Shown one piece after another: positions 1 through 11,189 of a stretch of DNA of 41,216 bases. Source of the DNA: Chiloscyllium plagiosum. Lineage: Eukaryota. A model generated the notes under the pieces. It was not told where the DNA came from, ran no database searches, and was given only the letters and a program-made list of their open reading frames with translations. How positions within the stretch are numbered: position 1 is the stretch's first letter; the number at the start of each line of letters is the position of its first letter. The stretch is from assembly GCF_004010195.1 (NCBI RefSeq), contig NC_057750.1:13058175-13099390 (forward strand). The letters run 5' to 3'. Position numbers and translations under genes: made by a program.

Positions 1-190
1 CTCCTTCACTATCCTATCTACCTGCGACTCCACTTTCAAGGAGCTATGAACCTGCACTCCAAGGTCTCTTTGTTCAGCAACACTCCCTAGGACCTTACCA
101 TTAAGTGTATAAGTCCTGCTCAGATTTGCTTTCCCAAAATGCAGCACCTCACATTTATCTAGATTAAACTCCATCTGCCGCTTCACAGCC
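1..190 (-). mobile_element. CR1/HER1 LINE ORF2 fragment (post-RT region)
   Basis: Reverse complement matches the long copy near 30170-30345 (QMEFNLDKCEVLHFGK...EQRDLGVQVHSSLKV). Confidence 0.85.
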
Positions 191-277
191 CACTCCACAG
201 AGTACTTTAAGATGCACTCGCTGTCATACACGTGTAGCCTGGCAGGCTGCGAGATGCATAAACCACAGCATCCAAAA

Positions 278-356
278 GCGTGGTGCTGGAAAAGCACAGC
301 CGGTCGGGCAGCGTCTGAGGAGCAGGAGAGTCGACGTTTCGAGCATAAGCTCTTCA
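278..356 (-). mobile_element. PLE-terminus-derived short element (family A), truncated hammerhead motif
   Basis: gtgctggaaaagcacagc..gcagcgtctgaggagcaggagagtcgacgtttcgagcataagctcttca; minus strand reads GA-A-GAGC-UUAU-GCUC-GAAACGUC. Confidence 0.75.
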
Positions 357-895
357 AACCACAACGTGTAAACTATCGTGGGATCTGTTCCAAAGATACT
401 AACTGAGAGGCGTACATCGGCCAGAAGCTGGGGAGATCTCCCCTGCTCTTCAGAACTGGCTCGTTTTCTTGATCCTGTGGTGGGATGTGGGCGATGTTGG
501 CAAGGCCCAGTGTTTACCGCCCAGCCCTAACTGCCCTTGAACGGTGGGACATGCTCATACCATTTTAGGGGCCAGCTAAGGGATGGTGAGCAGCGAGTTG
601 GTTCTGAACGTCACTGTGTTGCAACATTGCTTCAGGGTTCAGGGCCTGCACACCTCGCTTGGTCCAGTGTGGTCAAGGAAAGCCACTCACTAGCCAGTAG
701 TCTTGAGATGGCAGACCCAGTGAGGTAGACAGCGTTCAGGCTCCTGGGCCTGTCTGCTCCAGGTGGCCACCTCCTCCCTTCATTTTGTCTCCTTTCTTTC
801 TCTTTTATTCCATCTCTTTCCTGTCATCAGCATTGGGGAAGGTGACAGCTGGAGGAGAGCAACTGGAGAGGGAGAATTGGTGAGGCATCAGCCTG

Positions 896-1340
896 GCACA
901 GAGCCAGGGGCTCCTGATTGTGATAGGCCCAGAGCAGGGAGTTCTGATGAATGGCATGGCAATGGTGGCTGCTCCTGGTTGCGGTAGGCCCAGAGTAGGG
1001 ACTCTTGGTTATCGGCAAGCTGATGGCTGCAGCTCCTGGTAGTGCTAGACTTGGAGCAGAGCCTCCTGGTTGTAGTAGACCCGGAGCCAGGACTCTTGAT
1101 TGTGGTAGGCCCAGAGCAGGGACTGCTGGTTGTAATAGGCCCAGAGCAGGGACTGCTGGTTGTAATAGGCCCAGAGCAGGGACTCCTGGTTGCGGTAGGC
1201 CCGGAGCAGGGACTCCTGGTTTTGTGAGGCCCAGAAAAGGGACTCCTGGTTATGGCAGTCTCAGAGCCGGGATTCCTGGTTATCGGCGAAGTGGTGACTG
1301 CAGCCCCTGCTTGTGGTAGGCCTAGAGTTGGGTTCTCCAA
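896..1340. repeat. 30-bp minisatellite (GGCCCAGAGCAGGGACTCCTGGTTGTGGTA-like, roughly 12-14 degenerate units) inside a larger dispersed repeat (~640-1670)
   Basis: Units visible directly (e.g. 1108, 1138, 1168, 1198); host element ends in cactgta...agagtacaataaa, a tail type also seen at 4150-4220 (-) and 18700-18745. Confidence 0.85.
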
Positions 1341-1780
1341 TTGTTCGGCAAAGCAATGGTGAGTGTGGCTCCAGGGCTGTAGCTGGCATTAGCAGCCCAT
1401 CGGTGAGGTGGGCCCAGCGATGAGGAGATGGAGCCTGGAGTGTGGCAACTCCGAGGTTGTTGGGCTGGTGTGGTTGTGGTTGGCCGGCTGGCTCTGGGCG
1501 TGGGACACATGGTGCAGGCAGCAGAGTGAAGATCGACTCTCTTTTAGCTTTATCATTTAATTCTTTTTATTGTTAAAATATTCCAATGGTGCGGGATTGT
1601 GGCAACAGAGGAAGTGTAGCACTGTATTTTACCGTGTTGTTCATTATAGAGTACAATAAATCATCATTCAGTAATTACTAGTCTGACAAGAAGTGGTACA
1701 TACATTGAAGAAGTCGTTCATAGCAATCAGGAGGGCATAAAGGGGATAAGGTTAAGGATAATCCAAAGAGATTCTACAAG

Positions 1781-2080
1781 GTGGCTCAGTGGTTAGCACT
1801 ACTGCCTCCTAGCACCAGGGACCCGGCTTCAATTCCACTCTTGGGTGACTGTCCGTGTGCAGAGTCCATATCCTCCCTGTGGGTTTGCACAGGTTTTCTC
1901 CCACAGTCCAAAGATCTGCAGGTCAGCTGGATGAGCCATGCTAAATTGCCCATAAAGTTCACGGATGTCTAGGTTAGGTGCATTTGTCATGGAAAACATA
2001 GAGTTGGGGTCTGGGTGGGATACTCTTTGGAGGGGCGGTGTGGACTTGTTGGGCCAAATGGCCTGTTTCCACACTGTAGG
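1781..2080 (+). mobile_element. HE1-type tRNA-derived SINE
   Basis: A box TGGCTCAGTGG, B-box-like GCTTCAATTCC, conserved core, CR1-like tail gggccaaatggcctgtttccacactgtagg. Confidence 0.85.
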
Positions 2081-3878
2081 AAAGAATAGGGGCCCTTACA
2101 GATCGATGGGAGAAATATTAAATGAATATTTTGTGTCAGCATTTACTGTAGAGAAGGACAATGGAGGCTAGGGAACTTGGGGAAATAAATATTGATGTTT
2201 TGAAAACAGTTACAGAAGAGGAGGTGTGGAGGTCTTAACAAAATATAAATCTCCAGGATCTGACCAAGTGCATCCCAGGACTTTGTGAGAAGTTAGGGAA
2301 GAAATCGCATGGCCCCTAACAGAAATATTTACATCATCTACAGGCTCGGGGTAATGTGGCAGAGGATTGGAGGGTGGCTAATGTTGTGCCTTTATTTAAG
2401 AGAGGCTGGAAGGAGATGCCTAGCAACTCTTGACCTGTGAACCTGACATTGCTTCTGGGTAAGTTGTTGGAGGGATCGCTGAGAGATAGGATTTACATGC
2501 ATTTAAAAGGCGAGGACTGACGAGGGATAGTCAGCGCGGCTTTCTGCGTGGGAAATCATCTCTCACTGACATGATTGTGCACTTTGAGGATGTGACCAAA
2601 AGGATGGATGAGCCCAGAGCGATAGACATTGTCTTCATGGATTTTAGCAAGGCCTTTGACAAGGTTCCACATGGTAATCTGGTTAGTAAAGTTCGATCAC
2701 ATGGGATTCAGGGAGAACTAGCCAACTGGATGCAAAATTAGCTCGATGGTAGGAGACAGAGGGTGGAGGAGGAGGAAGGTTGTCTTTCGGACTGGAGGCC
2801 TGTGGCCAGCAGTGTCCCGCAGGAATCGGCACTGGGTCCACTGTTGCTTTGTCATTTATGTAAACGATTTGGATGAGAATTTAAGAGGCTTGGTAAGTAA
2901 GTTTGCAGATAACGTCAAAATTGATGGTATTGAAGGTTATCTAAGATTACAAAGGGATGTTGATCAATTGGGCCAATGGGCTGAGGACTGGCAGATGGAG
3001 TCAGATTGGATAAATGTGAGGTCGAAGGGGCAACTCTCCAAAAGCTTCAACTTCCAAATAAACTTGTTGAACTCTAACCTGGTGCTGTGTGATTTTTAAC
3101 TTTGTCCACCCCGGTCCAACACCGGCTCCTCCACATCTTTGTTAAAACAAAGGAGGGCAGGGCTTGTACACTTAGTGCTCGGACCCTGGGGAGTATCGTC
3201 GAACAGAGAAACCTAATGATGTGGGTACATAGCTCTATGAAAATTGCGTGGGGAGTAGAGAGGCTTGTTAAGAAGGCGTTCAGCATGCTCGCCTTCATTG
3301 CTCAGACCTTAGGGTTTAGGGGTTAGGACATCATGTCGCAATTATAAAGGGATGTTGGTGAGGCCACTTTCGGTGTACTCTGCCCAGTTCTGGTCACCCT
3401 GTTACAGGAAGGATATTATTGAACTGGAGAGGGTTCAGAAGAGATTTAGCAGGATGTTGCCGGGATTGGAGGGTTTGAGTTATAAGGAGAGGCTGGATCT
3501 TTACCATGGCAGCGGCGGAGGCTGAGGGGTGACCTTAGAGAGGTTTGTAAAATCATGAGGGACGTGGATAGGGTGAATAACAAAGGACTTTTCCCTCAAG
3601 TAGGGGAGTTCAAAACTGGAGGGGATGGGTTTAAGCTGAGAGGAAAAGGATTTCAAAGGGACCTGAGGGGCAACTTTTTCACGCAGAGGGTGGTGCGTAT
3701 GTGGAATCAATTGCCAGAGGAAGTGGTGGATGCAGGGACAGTTACAGCATTTGGACAGGTACATGAATAGCAGGGGTTTAGAGGGACGTGGGCCAAATGC
3801 AGGTAAATGGGACTAGTTTAATTTGAGAAACTTGGTCAGCATGGACTGGTTGTTTCCATGCTGTCTGACTCTATGATT
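2081..3878 (+). mobile_element. Decayed CR1/HER1 LINE (RT domain through 3' UTR)
   Basis: Frameshifted RT motifs (DFSKAFDKVPH, YVNDLDENL..SKFAD), RDLRGNFFTQRVV, tail gactctatga. Confidence 0.9.
3020..3137 (+). mobile_element. Family B PLE-derived short element inserted in CR1
   Basis: ctccaaaagctt..aacctggtgctgtgtgatttttaactttgtccaccccggtccaacaccggc, homologous to 5072-5272. Confidence 0.7.
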
Positions 3879-3884
3879 CTTTAA

Positions 3885-4068
3885 ATCTCCAGTGCACAGC
3901 AATTGGTAGATGGTGGGTGGCTCAGAGGGGGTGGCGTTCCCATGTATCTGTTGCCCTTGTCCTTCTCGATGGAAGTGGTCATGGGTTTGGAAGGTGCTGT
4001 CTGAGGATCTTTGGTGAATTTCTGCAGTGCATTTTGTAGCTGGTACACCCCGCTGCTGCTGAGCGTCG
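3885..4068 (-). mobile_element. 3' end of a second, older CR1-type LINE family
   Basis: Reverse complement matches 23045-23370 and 33715-34140 (cagcaccttccaaaccc..gcagatacatgggaac). Confidence 0.7.
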
Positions 4069-4467
4069 GTATAAGTAACTTACTTGGCATCATAGCAGCT
4101 GAAAAGAGAGTCGAGACTTCCAGTTATTAGCTGTATCACAGAAAAGGGTATGGAATTGAATTAAATTGAATGAGCTTTATTGTCACCTGGACTCAGATGA
4201 GTCTAGTGAAACGTTTACAAGTTGCCACATACGATACCATCTTAGGTACAAAATCCTTAGGAACAATATTGAACGTAAATAAAAAGCTCAGCATTGCAGA
4301 TCGTAGGAATAAATTCGAAAAACAGAGAGGGCTCAGGCAAGAGTTGGAATTCCCAGTTCCAAATCTGACCAGCAGACGAGGAAGACAAACTGAAGGAAAT
4401 CAATATCTTGGGTTGAGCTTCTATGATTCAGGAAGAGGAACCACACATTTCAAGGACGAGGTGTAGG

Positions 4468-4553
4468 TTTGATGAAGGGCTCATGCCCGAAACGTCGACT
4501 CTCCTGCTTCTTGAATGCTGCCTGACCGGTTGTGCTTTTCCAGCGCCACACTC
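4468..4553 (+). mobile_element. Family A PLE-derived element with near-intact hammerhead core
   Basis: TTGATGA-A-GGGC-TCAT-GCCC-GAAA-CG-TC (C3 changed to U) followed by family A body. Confidence 0.75.
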
Positions 4554-5071
4554 TCACTCACCGAAAGGCTCAAGGCAGTGGATTCGGACAGCAGACAGCA
4601 CAGATCAGTTGGTAATGAACAAAGGACGCACAGTGAAACCCTGTCAATGTTCCTTGGATACTATTCTGATAAACTGCCTCAGGATGGATTATGACATGAG
4701 TGGCGGCTGCATAAATACAAATTATTGTCGGTGTGGTGGGCGAGTGGACACTAACATAGGACAAAACCATCACGGGAGTTCTCAGCAAACTATCTCTGAG
4801 CACAAACCCGACGGATAGGTGCAGTAAAACACAGCTAAGGGGAAATCAAAGTGCAAGACCAGGAACTGTGTGGCAAGCGCGATAACCAGTGAACGGGCCT
4901 GCAAAGAGCCAGCAGTGGTGATTCAGTTGCTCATTTTATAGACTCCATACACATTTCTAAGGACTGCACCAGAGATTTAATCAGGTGTTTCACTTCCAAG
5001 TTAAAAGCAAAGAGACTTGGGGGTTCAGGTGCACAGATCTTTGTGAACAGATGCAGAACATAATCAAGAAA

Positions 5072-5272
5072 TGATTCGGAGGAGCCGGTGTTGGACTGGG
5101 GTGCACAAAGTTAAAAATCACACAACACCAGGTTATAGTCCAACAGGTTTAATTGGAAGCACACCAGCTTTGAGCCCTCCACTATCACCTGATGAAGGAG
5201 CGTCGCTCCGAAAGCTAGTGCTTCCAATTAAACCCGTTGGACTATAACCTGGTGTTGTGTGATTTTTAACTC
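5072..5272 (+). mobile_element. Palindromic family B element with minimal hammerhead ribozyme, flanked by 13-bp TSD
   Basis: ~55-bp inverted repeats (5109-5162 / 5218-5271); TSD CATAATCAAGAAA at 5059-5071 and 5273-5285. Confidence 0.85.
5186..5220 (+). ncRNA. Minimal type I hammerhead ribozyme motif (intact core)
   Basis: CAC-CUGAUGA-A-GGAGC-GUC-GCUCC-GAAA-GC-UA^GUG; helix I CAC/GUG, palindromic AGCU at helix III. Confidence 0.75.
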
Positions 5273-5694
5273 CATAATCAAGAAAGCTAGTGGAATGCTA
5301 ATCTTTCTAGCTAGAAGATTGCGTGTAAGGATGCAGAAGTTACACTGCAGTTATACAAACCCCTGGTTAGACCCCACTTGGAGCACTGTGAGTAGATATG
5401 AGCTCCACACCTTAGGAAGGATGCATTTTCCTTGGAGGACAATGTAGATTTACAAGAATGACAACTGGACTTCAGGGGTTAAGTTACAAGGAGGGATTAT
5501 ACAAATAAGGCCTGTTTCCTCTTGAATTTAGACTGTTAACGGTGATCTGATGAAACCCTTCAAGATATTAATTTGAAAATACAGGGTAGATAAAGATAAA
5601 CTGTTTGGAATTCTAGAGCCAGGGGACATAGTCTGAGAATTAGGGCCAGACCGTTCAGATGAGATGTTAGGAAGCATTTCTACACACAGAGATA

Positions 5695-6002
5695 GTGTGG
5701 AAGTAGGCCGTTCAGCCCGTACCAACCCATTCAGACCCACCTCCCCATGCTATCCCTGAAACCCTGCATTTCCCATGGCTAACCCACCCTAGCCTGCACA
5801 TCCCTGAATACCATGGGGAATTTCCCACGGCCAATCCACCCTAACCCGCATATCTTTGGACTGTGAGAGGAAACCGGAGCACCCAGAGCAAACCCACACA
5901 GCCACTGGGAGAATGTGCAAACTCCACACAGTCAGTCGCCCGAGGCTGGAATCGAACCCGGGTCCTGGGTGCTGTGAAACGGCAGTGCTGACCACTACGC
6001 CC
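5695..6002 (-). mobile_element. HE1-type SINE
   Basis: Reverse complement has GGTTCGATTCC B box and HE1 core. Confidence 0.85.
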
Positions 6003-6884
6003 CCAGACATGGTGGTAGATGTTTGGAACTCAATTTCACCAATTGCAGTGGATGCTGGATCAATTGTTAATTTTGAATCGGCGATAAGTAAATGGTTGTT
6101 TAAGCTGTGGGCCAAGGGCAGGCACATGACATTAGGCCCGCCATCAGCCATGAGCCCATTGAATGGCAGAATAGGCTCAAGGGGCTGAATGGCCTCCTCG
6201 TGTTCCTGTGATTCGGTTCTGGACAGTGATGGATGGATTTCTAAACATTAGAGGTGCAATGGGATGGGGGGGGGATAGTACACTGAGGGTGAGGATCATG
6301 GTTCATTCGGGTGGCAGAGGAGGCGGGAAGGGCTGAACGGCCTGCTCCCGCTATAGCCTACCCTCCAGTGCAATGGACACCCAAACTGAAGTGGCTAATA
6401 CTGAACCTCAGTCACATTCAGACAGGTTAAAGGGGACTCCATCTGCACTGTTGAAAGGAAGGTGTGTGTGTGTGTGTCTGATCGGCATCACATTATAGGG
6501 ACACCAGACACCACTGGCTCCAATGCTAAAAGATGCGCGGCCAACTTTGGATCTGAGTTCCTGTGAGAAACCTGATCCAGTAAACAGGCCTCTTTGTAGC
6601 AAAGATTCAAGGAGCCATATGGTACAGAGAAGGTACACTGGAATGCACAGGTCTATTTCAAGCATTAAATTGTTTATTGGAGGAATACTGGACCAGGAGT
6701 ATTAAGCAAGCCCCCCCCCCCAATCTCAGCAGGAATGAATCACTTCGAGAGAAAGCTTGGAATTTTGTGATATTGAGAATTAGTAAATTGTCAGGGGTGT
6801 GGCCAGGGAGAAATTCTTCCCCTTGGTGGAGGGATCAATTACCAGGGCAGAGGGGGTGTCTTAAAGTAAGAGGCAAGAGGTTTA

Positions 6885-7415
6885 GGGCGACACAGTGGCT
6901 CAGTGGTTAGCGCTGCTGCCTCACAATGTTGGGGACCCAGGTTCGACTCCAGCCTCAGGTGTCTGTCTGTGTGGAGTCTCCCCGCGTCTGTGCGGGTTTC
7001 CTCCCACAGTCCAAAGACATGCAGGTTAGGGTGGATTGGCCAGGGGGAGATTACCCACACTGAAAATGTGTGGTGCTGGAAAAGCACAGCCGGTCAGGCA
7101 GCATCTGAGGAGCAGGAGAGTTGGCATTTCAGGTATAAGCTCTTCAACAGAAACATTGACTCTCCTGCTCCTCGAATGCTGCCTGACCGGCTGTGCTTTT
7201 CCAGCGCCACACTTTTTGGCTTCGCTCTCCAGCATCTGCAGTCCCCACTGTCTCCTAGGGAATTACCCACAGAGCCCAGGGATGGGTGGGCTAGCCGTGG
7301 GAAACGCAGTGTTCTGGGGATACGGTTGTAGGGTCTGGGTGGGATGCACTTCGGAGGGTCAGCGTAGACTCAATGGGCCGATTGGCCTGCTTCCGCACTG
7401 CAGGGATTTGATGAT
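6885..7415 (+). mobile_element. HE1-type SINE interrupted by a family A palindrome
   Basis: gggcgacacagtggctcagtggttagcgctgctgcctcac, GGTTCGACTCC, tail gcctgcttccgcactgcaggga. Confidence 0.85.
7060..7261. mobile_element. Family A inverted-repeat element with ~10-bp TSD
   Basis: Arms 7067-7130 / 7150-7214 are reverse complements; TSD ATTACCCACA at 7050-7059 and 7262-7271. Confidence 0.8.
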
Positions 7416-8096
7416 TACTTGAGGGTTAGAGGAGAGCTGAGGAATTTCTTCTTCACCCAGGGGGTGGTGGCAATCTGGAACTCACTGAATGTAAGGATGG
7501 GAAAGGCAGAAACCCTTATCCTATCTATGCCCTGTTTGGAAGTACATTTGGCATACAAGGCTTTGGGCCAAGTGCTAGAAAATGGGGCTGTTTTTGGCTT
7601 GTTGGACCGAAGGGCCCCTTTCTGAGCTAAAGACCTCTATGACTCTGCGAAGGATATCGAAGCTAAAGAGTTGGATGAAAGTAGAACGTCTTATTGGCAA
7701 TACCTCGCAGATGCCAGAGATGTTAGCATGGAAGATTTTGACCTCCTAACCTCTCTGGAAATGATAATATAAACGATGAATTCAAAGTATTTGAGCGAGT
7801 TAAAATGGTCTGCGGCCCTGAAGGAGGGAGATTCCAGTTCCTCCCTCACTCCTTCTTCCTTCTGAGAGGTTTTTTTTTTAATGACAGCCATTTGCATGTC
7901 TCTGGCCCCAGGATACCATATCACTGAAACCAGCCATACGATATACGACTCTATTCTAGGTGCTGACACATGGATGGATGAGATAGCGGTGCCCGGATCA
8001 TCAAAAGGGGAAAGTGCTGACAGGCCTCGGAAAGTAATTGAAGTTACTGCAATAATTAGTTCAAACTTCAGTCAATACGATGCCCAGTCTGAGCCC

Positions 8097-8673
8097 ATAG
8101 AATCTCTACAGCGTGGAAACAGGCCTTTCAGGTCAACGCTGACCCTCCAAAGAGCATCCCACCCATTCTCCTACCCTATCCCTGCACCTCCCATGGCTAA
8201 CCCACCTCACCTGTACACTATGGGTAATTTAGCATGGCCAATCCACCCTAACCTGTACACTAGGTAATTTAGTATGGCCAATCCACCCTTACCTGTACAC
8301 TATGGGTAATTTAGCATGGCCAATCCACCCTGACCTGTACACTATGGGTAATTTAGCATGGTCAATCCATCCTAACCTGTACACTATGGGTAATTTAGCA
8401 TGGCCAATCCACCCTAACCTGTACACTATGGGTAATTTAGCATGGCCAATCCACCCTAACCTGTACACTAGGTAATTTAGCATGGCCAATCCACCCTTAC
8501 CTGTACACTATGGGTAATTGAGCATGGCCAATCCACCCTAACCTGTACACTAGGTAATTTAGCATGGCCAATCCACCCTGACCTGTACACTATGGGTAAT
8601 TTAGCATGGCCAATCCACCCTTACCTGCACATCTTTGGGCTGAAACCAGAGGACCTGGCAGAAACCCACGCAG
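8097..8673 (-). mobile_element. HE1-type SINE expanded by an internal tandem array
   Basis: Tail gtggaaacaggcc at 8113; body resumes at ctgcacatctttggg (8625). Confidence 0.8.
8211..8624. repeat. Tandem array of 10 units of 42/40 bp (CTGTACACTATGGGTAATTTAGCATGGCCAATCCACCCTAAC)
   Basis: Counted directly; units 2, 7 and 9 are the 40-bp variant; no unique spacers. Confidence 0.95.
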
Positions 8674-8674
8674 A

Positions 8675-8996
8675 CTAGATGAGACTAGAATCCCTACAGT
8701 GTGGAAACAGGCCCTTCGGCCCAACCAGTCCACACTGACCCTCCGGAGAGTAACCCAACCAGGCCCAATTCTCTCTGACTAATGCACCTAACACTCTGGG
8801 CAATTTAGCACGGCCAATCCATCTGACCTGCACATCTTTGGATTCTGGGAGGAAACCGGAACGCCCGGAGGAAACCCACGCAGACACGGGGAGAATGTGC
8901 AAACTTCACACAGTCAGTCGCCCGAGGCTGGAATTGAACCCGGGTCCCTAGCGCTGTGAGGCAGCAGTGCTAACCACTGAGCCACCGTGCCGCCCC
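8675..8996 (-). mobile_element. Full-length HE1-type SINE
   Basis: Ends in cactgagccaccgtgccgccc (SINE 5' end); tail cagtgtggaaacaggcccttcggccc. Confidence 0.9.
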
Positions 8997-9785
8997 AAGT
9001 TGGTATATGTCAGGGCATTGCTGATGATGGCATTAAGTGTGACAAGATGGACGGTTCGACTGTCAGGAACACATAACATTTATTATACGCAAGCACAGAA
9101 AGTAGGACCAGGAGTAGGCCTTTTAGCCTTTCGAGCCTGTTCACAACCCTTTGGGTGGAGAAGTTCCTCCCCAGAAATCTGCTCCCCCTTATTTTGAGCC
9201 TATGCCCCTAGTTCTAGTTTCACCTGCCAGTGGAAACAACCTCCCTGCTTCTATCTTATCTATTCCCTACATAATTTTATGTGTTTCTATCAGATCCTCC
9301 CCTCATTCTTCGAAGTCCCAATGAGAATAGGCCCAGTCTATTCAACCTCTTGAAGTTTCACTTGTAGTTATATCTTGTGTTGGTTAAAGTAGGGGGTGAC
9401 ATTGTTTCAGTTTCATTTTCTTGTTTGCGAGTTTCCACGCTGAGAAATCTCAGGGTTGGTTCTTTTACACAACTCTCTGATGAGGGCTTAAATCCTTGGG
9501 GTAGAACTGGGAGTTAACAGTTCGACATGTTACAAAAAAAAACTAAAGAAGATTGTGCCAAAGTTGTCTCATGACGCTGAGGAAATTTGACCCTAGTTTT
9601 CACTGAGGATCACGGCTTGAATCACCTCGGTCAAATCTCCTCTCATCGTTCTCTTTAAGAGAAACAGTCACATGCTCCAAACTATCTTCACCCCTGAGCT
9701 TCCTTCTGAACGAAGCCATTCCTGTCAATTTGGCTCTGCACCCTTTCCCTTGAAATGACTGATTTACCTCTCACAGCTCTCTCCA

Positions 9786-10685
9786 TACAGAACATAGAAC
9801 ATAGAACAATACAGCGCAGAACAGGCCCTTTGGCCCTCAATGTTGTGCCAACCTGTGAACTATTCTCAGCTCATCCCAAGAGTGGTAAGGGCGTGGTAGT
9901 CAACTCAGCCACATTAGGCAGAGTTAACCAATCCTTAGATAAGCACGTGAATGATTTTGGGATAGTGTAGGGGGACGAGCTGAGAATAGTTCACAGGTCG
10001 GCGCAACATTAAGGGTCGAAGAGCCTGTTCTCCGCTGTATTGTTCTATGTTCTATGTTCTATCCCCCTACACTATCCCATCATCATCCATGTGCTTATCC
10101 AAGGATTGTTTAAATCCCCTTAACGTGGCAGAATTAACAACATTCCACACCCTTATCACTCTCTGAGTAAAGAACCTGCCTCTGCTATCTGTCTTAAATC
10201 TATCACCCTTCAATTTGTAGTTATACCCTCCGATACAAGCTGACATCATCATCCTAAGAAAAAGACTTTCACTGTCTACCCTATCTAATTTAGATTAGAT
10301 TAGATTACTTACAGTGTGGAAACAGTGTGAAACAAGTCCACACCTTGTACAAGCTGATGTCATCATCCTCGGAAAAAGACTTTCACTCCATGCCACATGT
10401 AATCTTCTGATCATCTTGTATGTCTCTATCAAATCCCCTCTTAGCCTTCTTCTTGCCAATGAGAACAGGTTCAAGTCTCTCAGCCTTTCCTCATAAGACC
10501 TTCCCTCCAGACCAGGCAACATCCTGGTAAATCTCCTCTGCACCTTTTCCAATGCTTCCACATCCTTCTTGAAATATGGCAACTAGAACTGTACACAATA
10601 TTCCAGGGGCGGCCGCACTAATGTTTTGTATAGTTGCAACATAACATTGCGGCTCCGAAACTCAATCCCTCTACCAATGAAACCT
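9786..10685 (-). mobile_element. CR1 LINE 3' part with an oppositely oriented 3'-end copy nested at ~9877-10062
   Basis: ORF 10295-10582 (KDVEALEKVQRRFTRMLPGL..RRRLRGDLIETYK); (ATAGAAC)n tails on both strands. Confidence 0.85.
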
Positions 10686-10689
10686 ATGT

Positions 10690-11085
10690 CGACGAAAGTG
10701 GGTATTGCAGATGTTGGAGATCAGAATCAAGATCAGAGTGGTGCTGGAAAAGCACAGCAGGTCAGGCAGTATCCGAGGAAAAGCCCTTCATCAGGAATGA
10801 GGCAGGGAGCCTCCGGGGTGAAGAGATAAATGGGAGGGGGCTGGGGCTGGGGAGAAGTTGGCTTAGAGTGCAATAGCTGGATGGAGGTGGGAGTAAAGGT
10901 GATAGGTCAGAGGGGGAGGGTGGAGCAGGAAGGAAGATTGGCAGGTAGGACAGGTCATGAGGATGGTGCTGAGCTGGCTCCCTGCCTCATTCCTGATGAA
11001 GAGCCTTTGTCCGAAACATCGATTTTCCTGCTCCGTGGATGCTGCCTGACCTACTGTGCTTTTCCAGCACCACTCTAATCTTCTC
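10690..11085. mobile_element. Family A inverted-repeat element retaining purine-rich PLE pseudo-LTR interior
   Basis: Inverted arms; degenerate hammerhead cores at ~10780-10797 (-) and 10993-11020 (+). Confidence 0.8.
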
Positions 11086-11189
11086 TCCATGTGTCCTCAG
11101 CCTCTGGGTGAAGGCACCCTCCCAGATACAATGCAGGATCTTTACAATTTCAGTGGGACAACAGACACAAAGTGAAGGGACTGAAGGAG

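Larger units (their letters stand above)
5010..6210 (+). mobile_element. Decayed CR1 LINE 3' part interrupted by a family B element and an HE1 SINE
   Basis: gagacttgggggttcaggtgcacag, gttagaccccacttggagcactgtg, gtggtagatgtttggaactc, tail aaggggctgaatggcctcct. Confidence 0.75.

Noticed and set aside
1781..1850. tRNA genes suggested by A/B boxes (also near 6890, 8990, 18960, 36050, 36600)
   Set aside because: Heads of tRNA-derived HE1 SINEs, each followed by SINE body
4629..4670. CACAGTG heptamer as an immunoglobulin/TCR recombination signal
   Set aside because: No ACAAAAACC-like nonamer at 12 or 23 bp spacing and no V/D/J segments in the window
8211..8624. CRISPR-like regular repeat array
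   Set aside because: Units are contiguous with no unique spacers, derive from the HE1 SINE body, and the DNA is vertebrate with no cas genes
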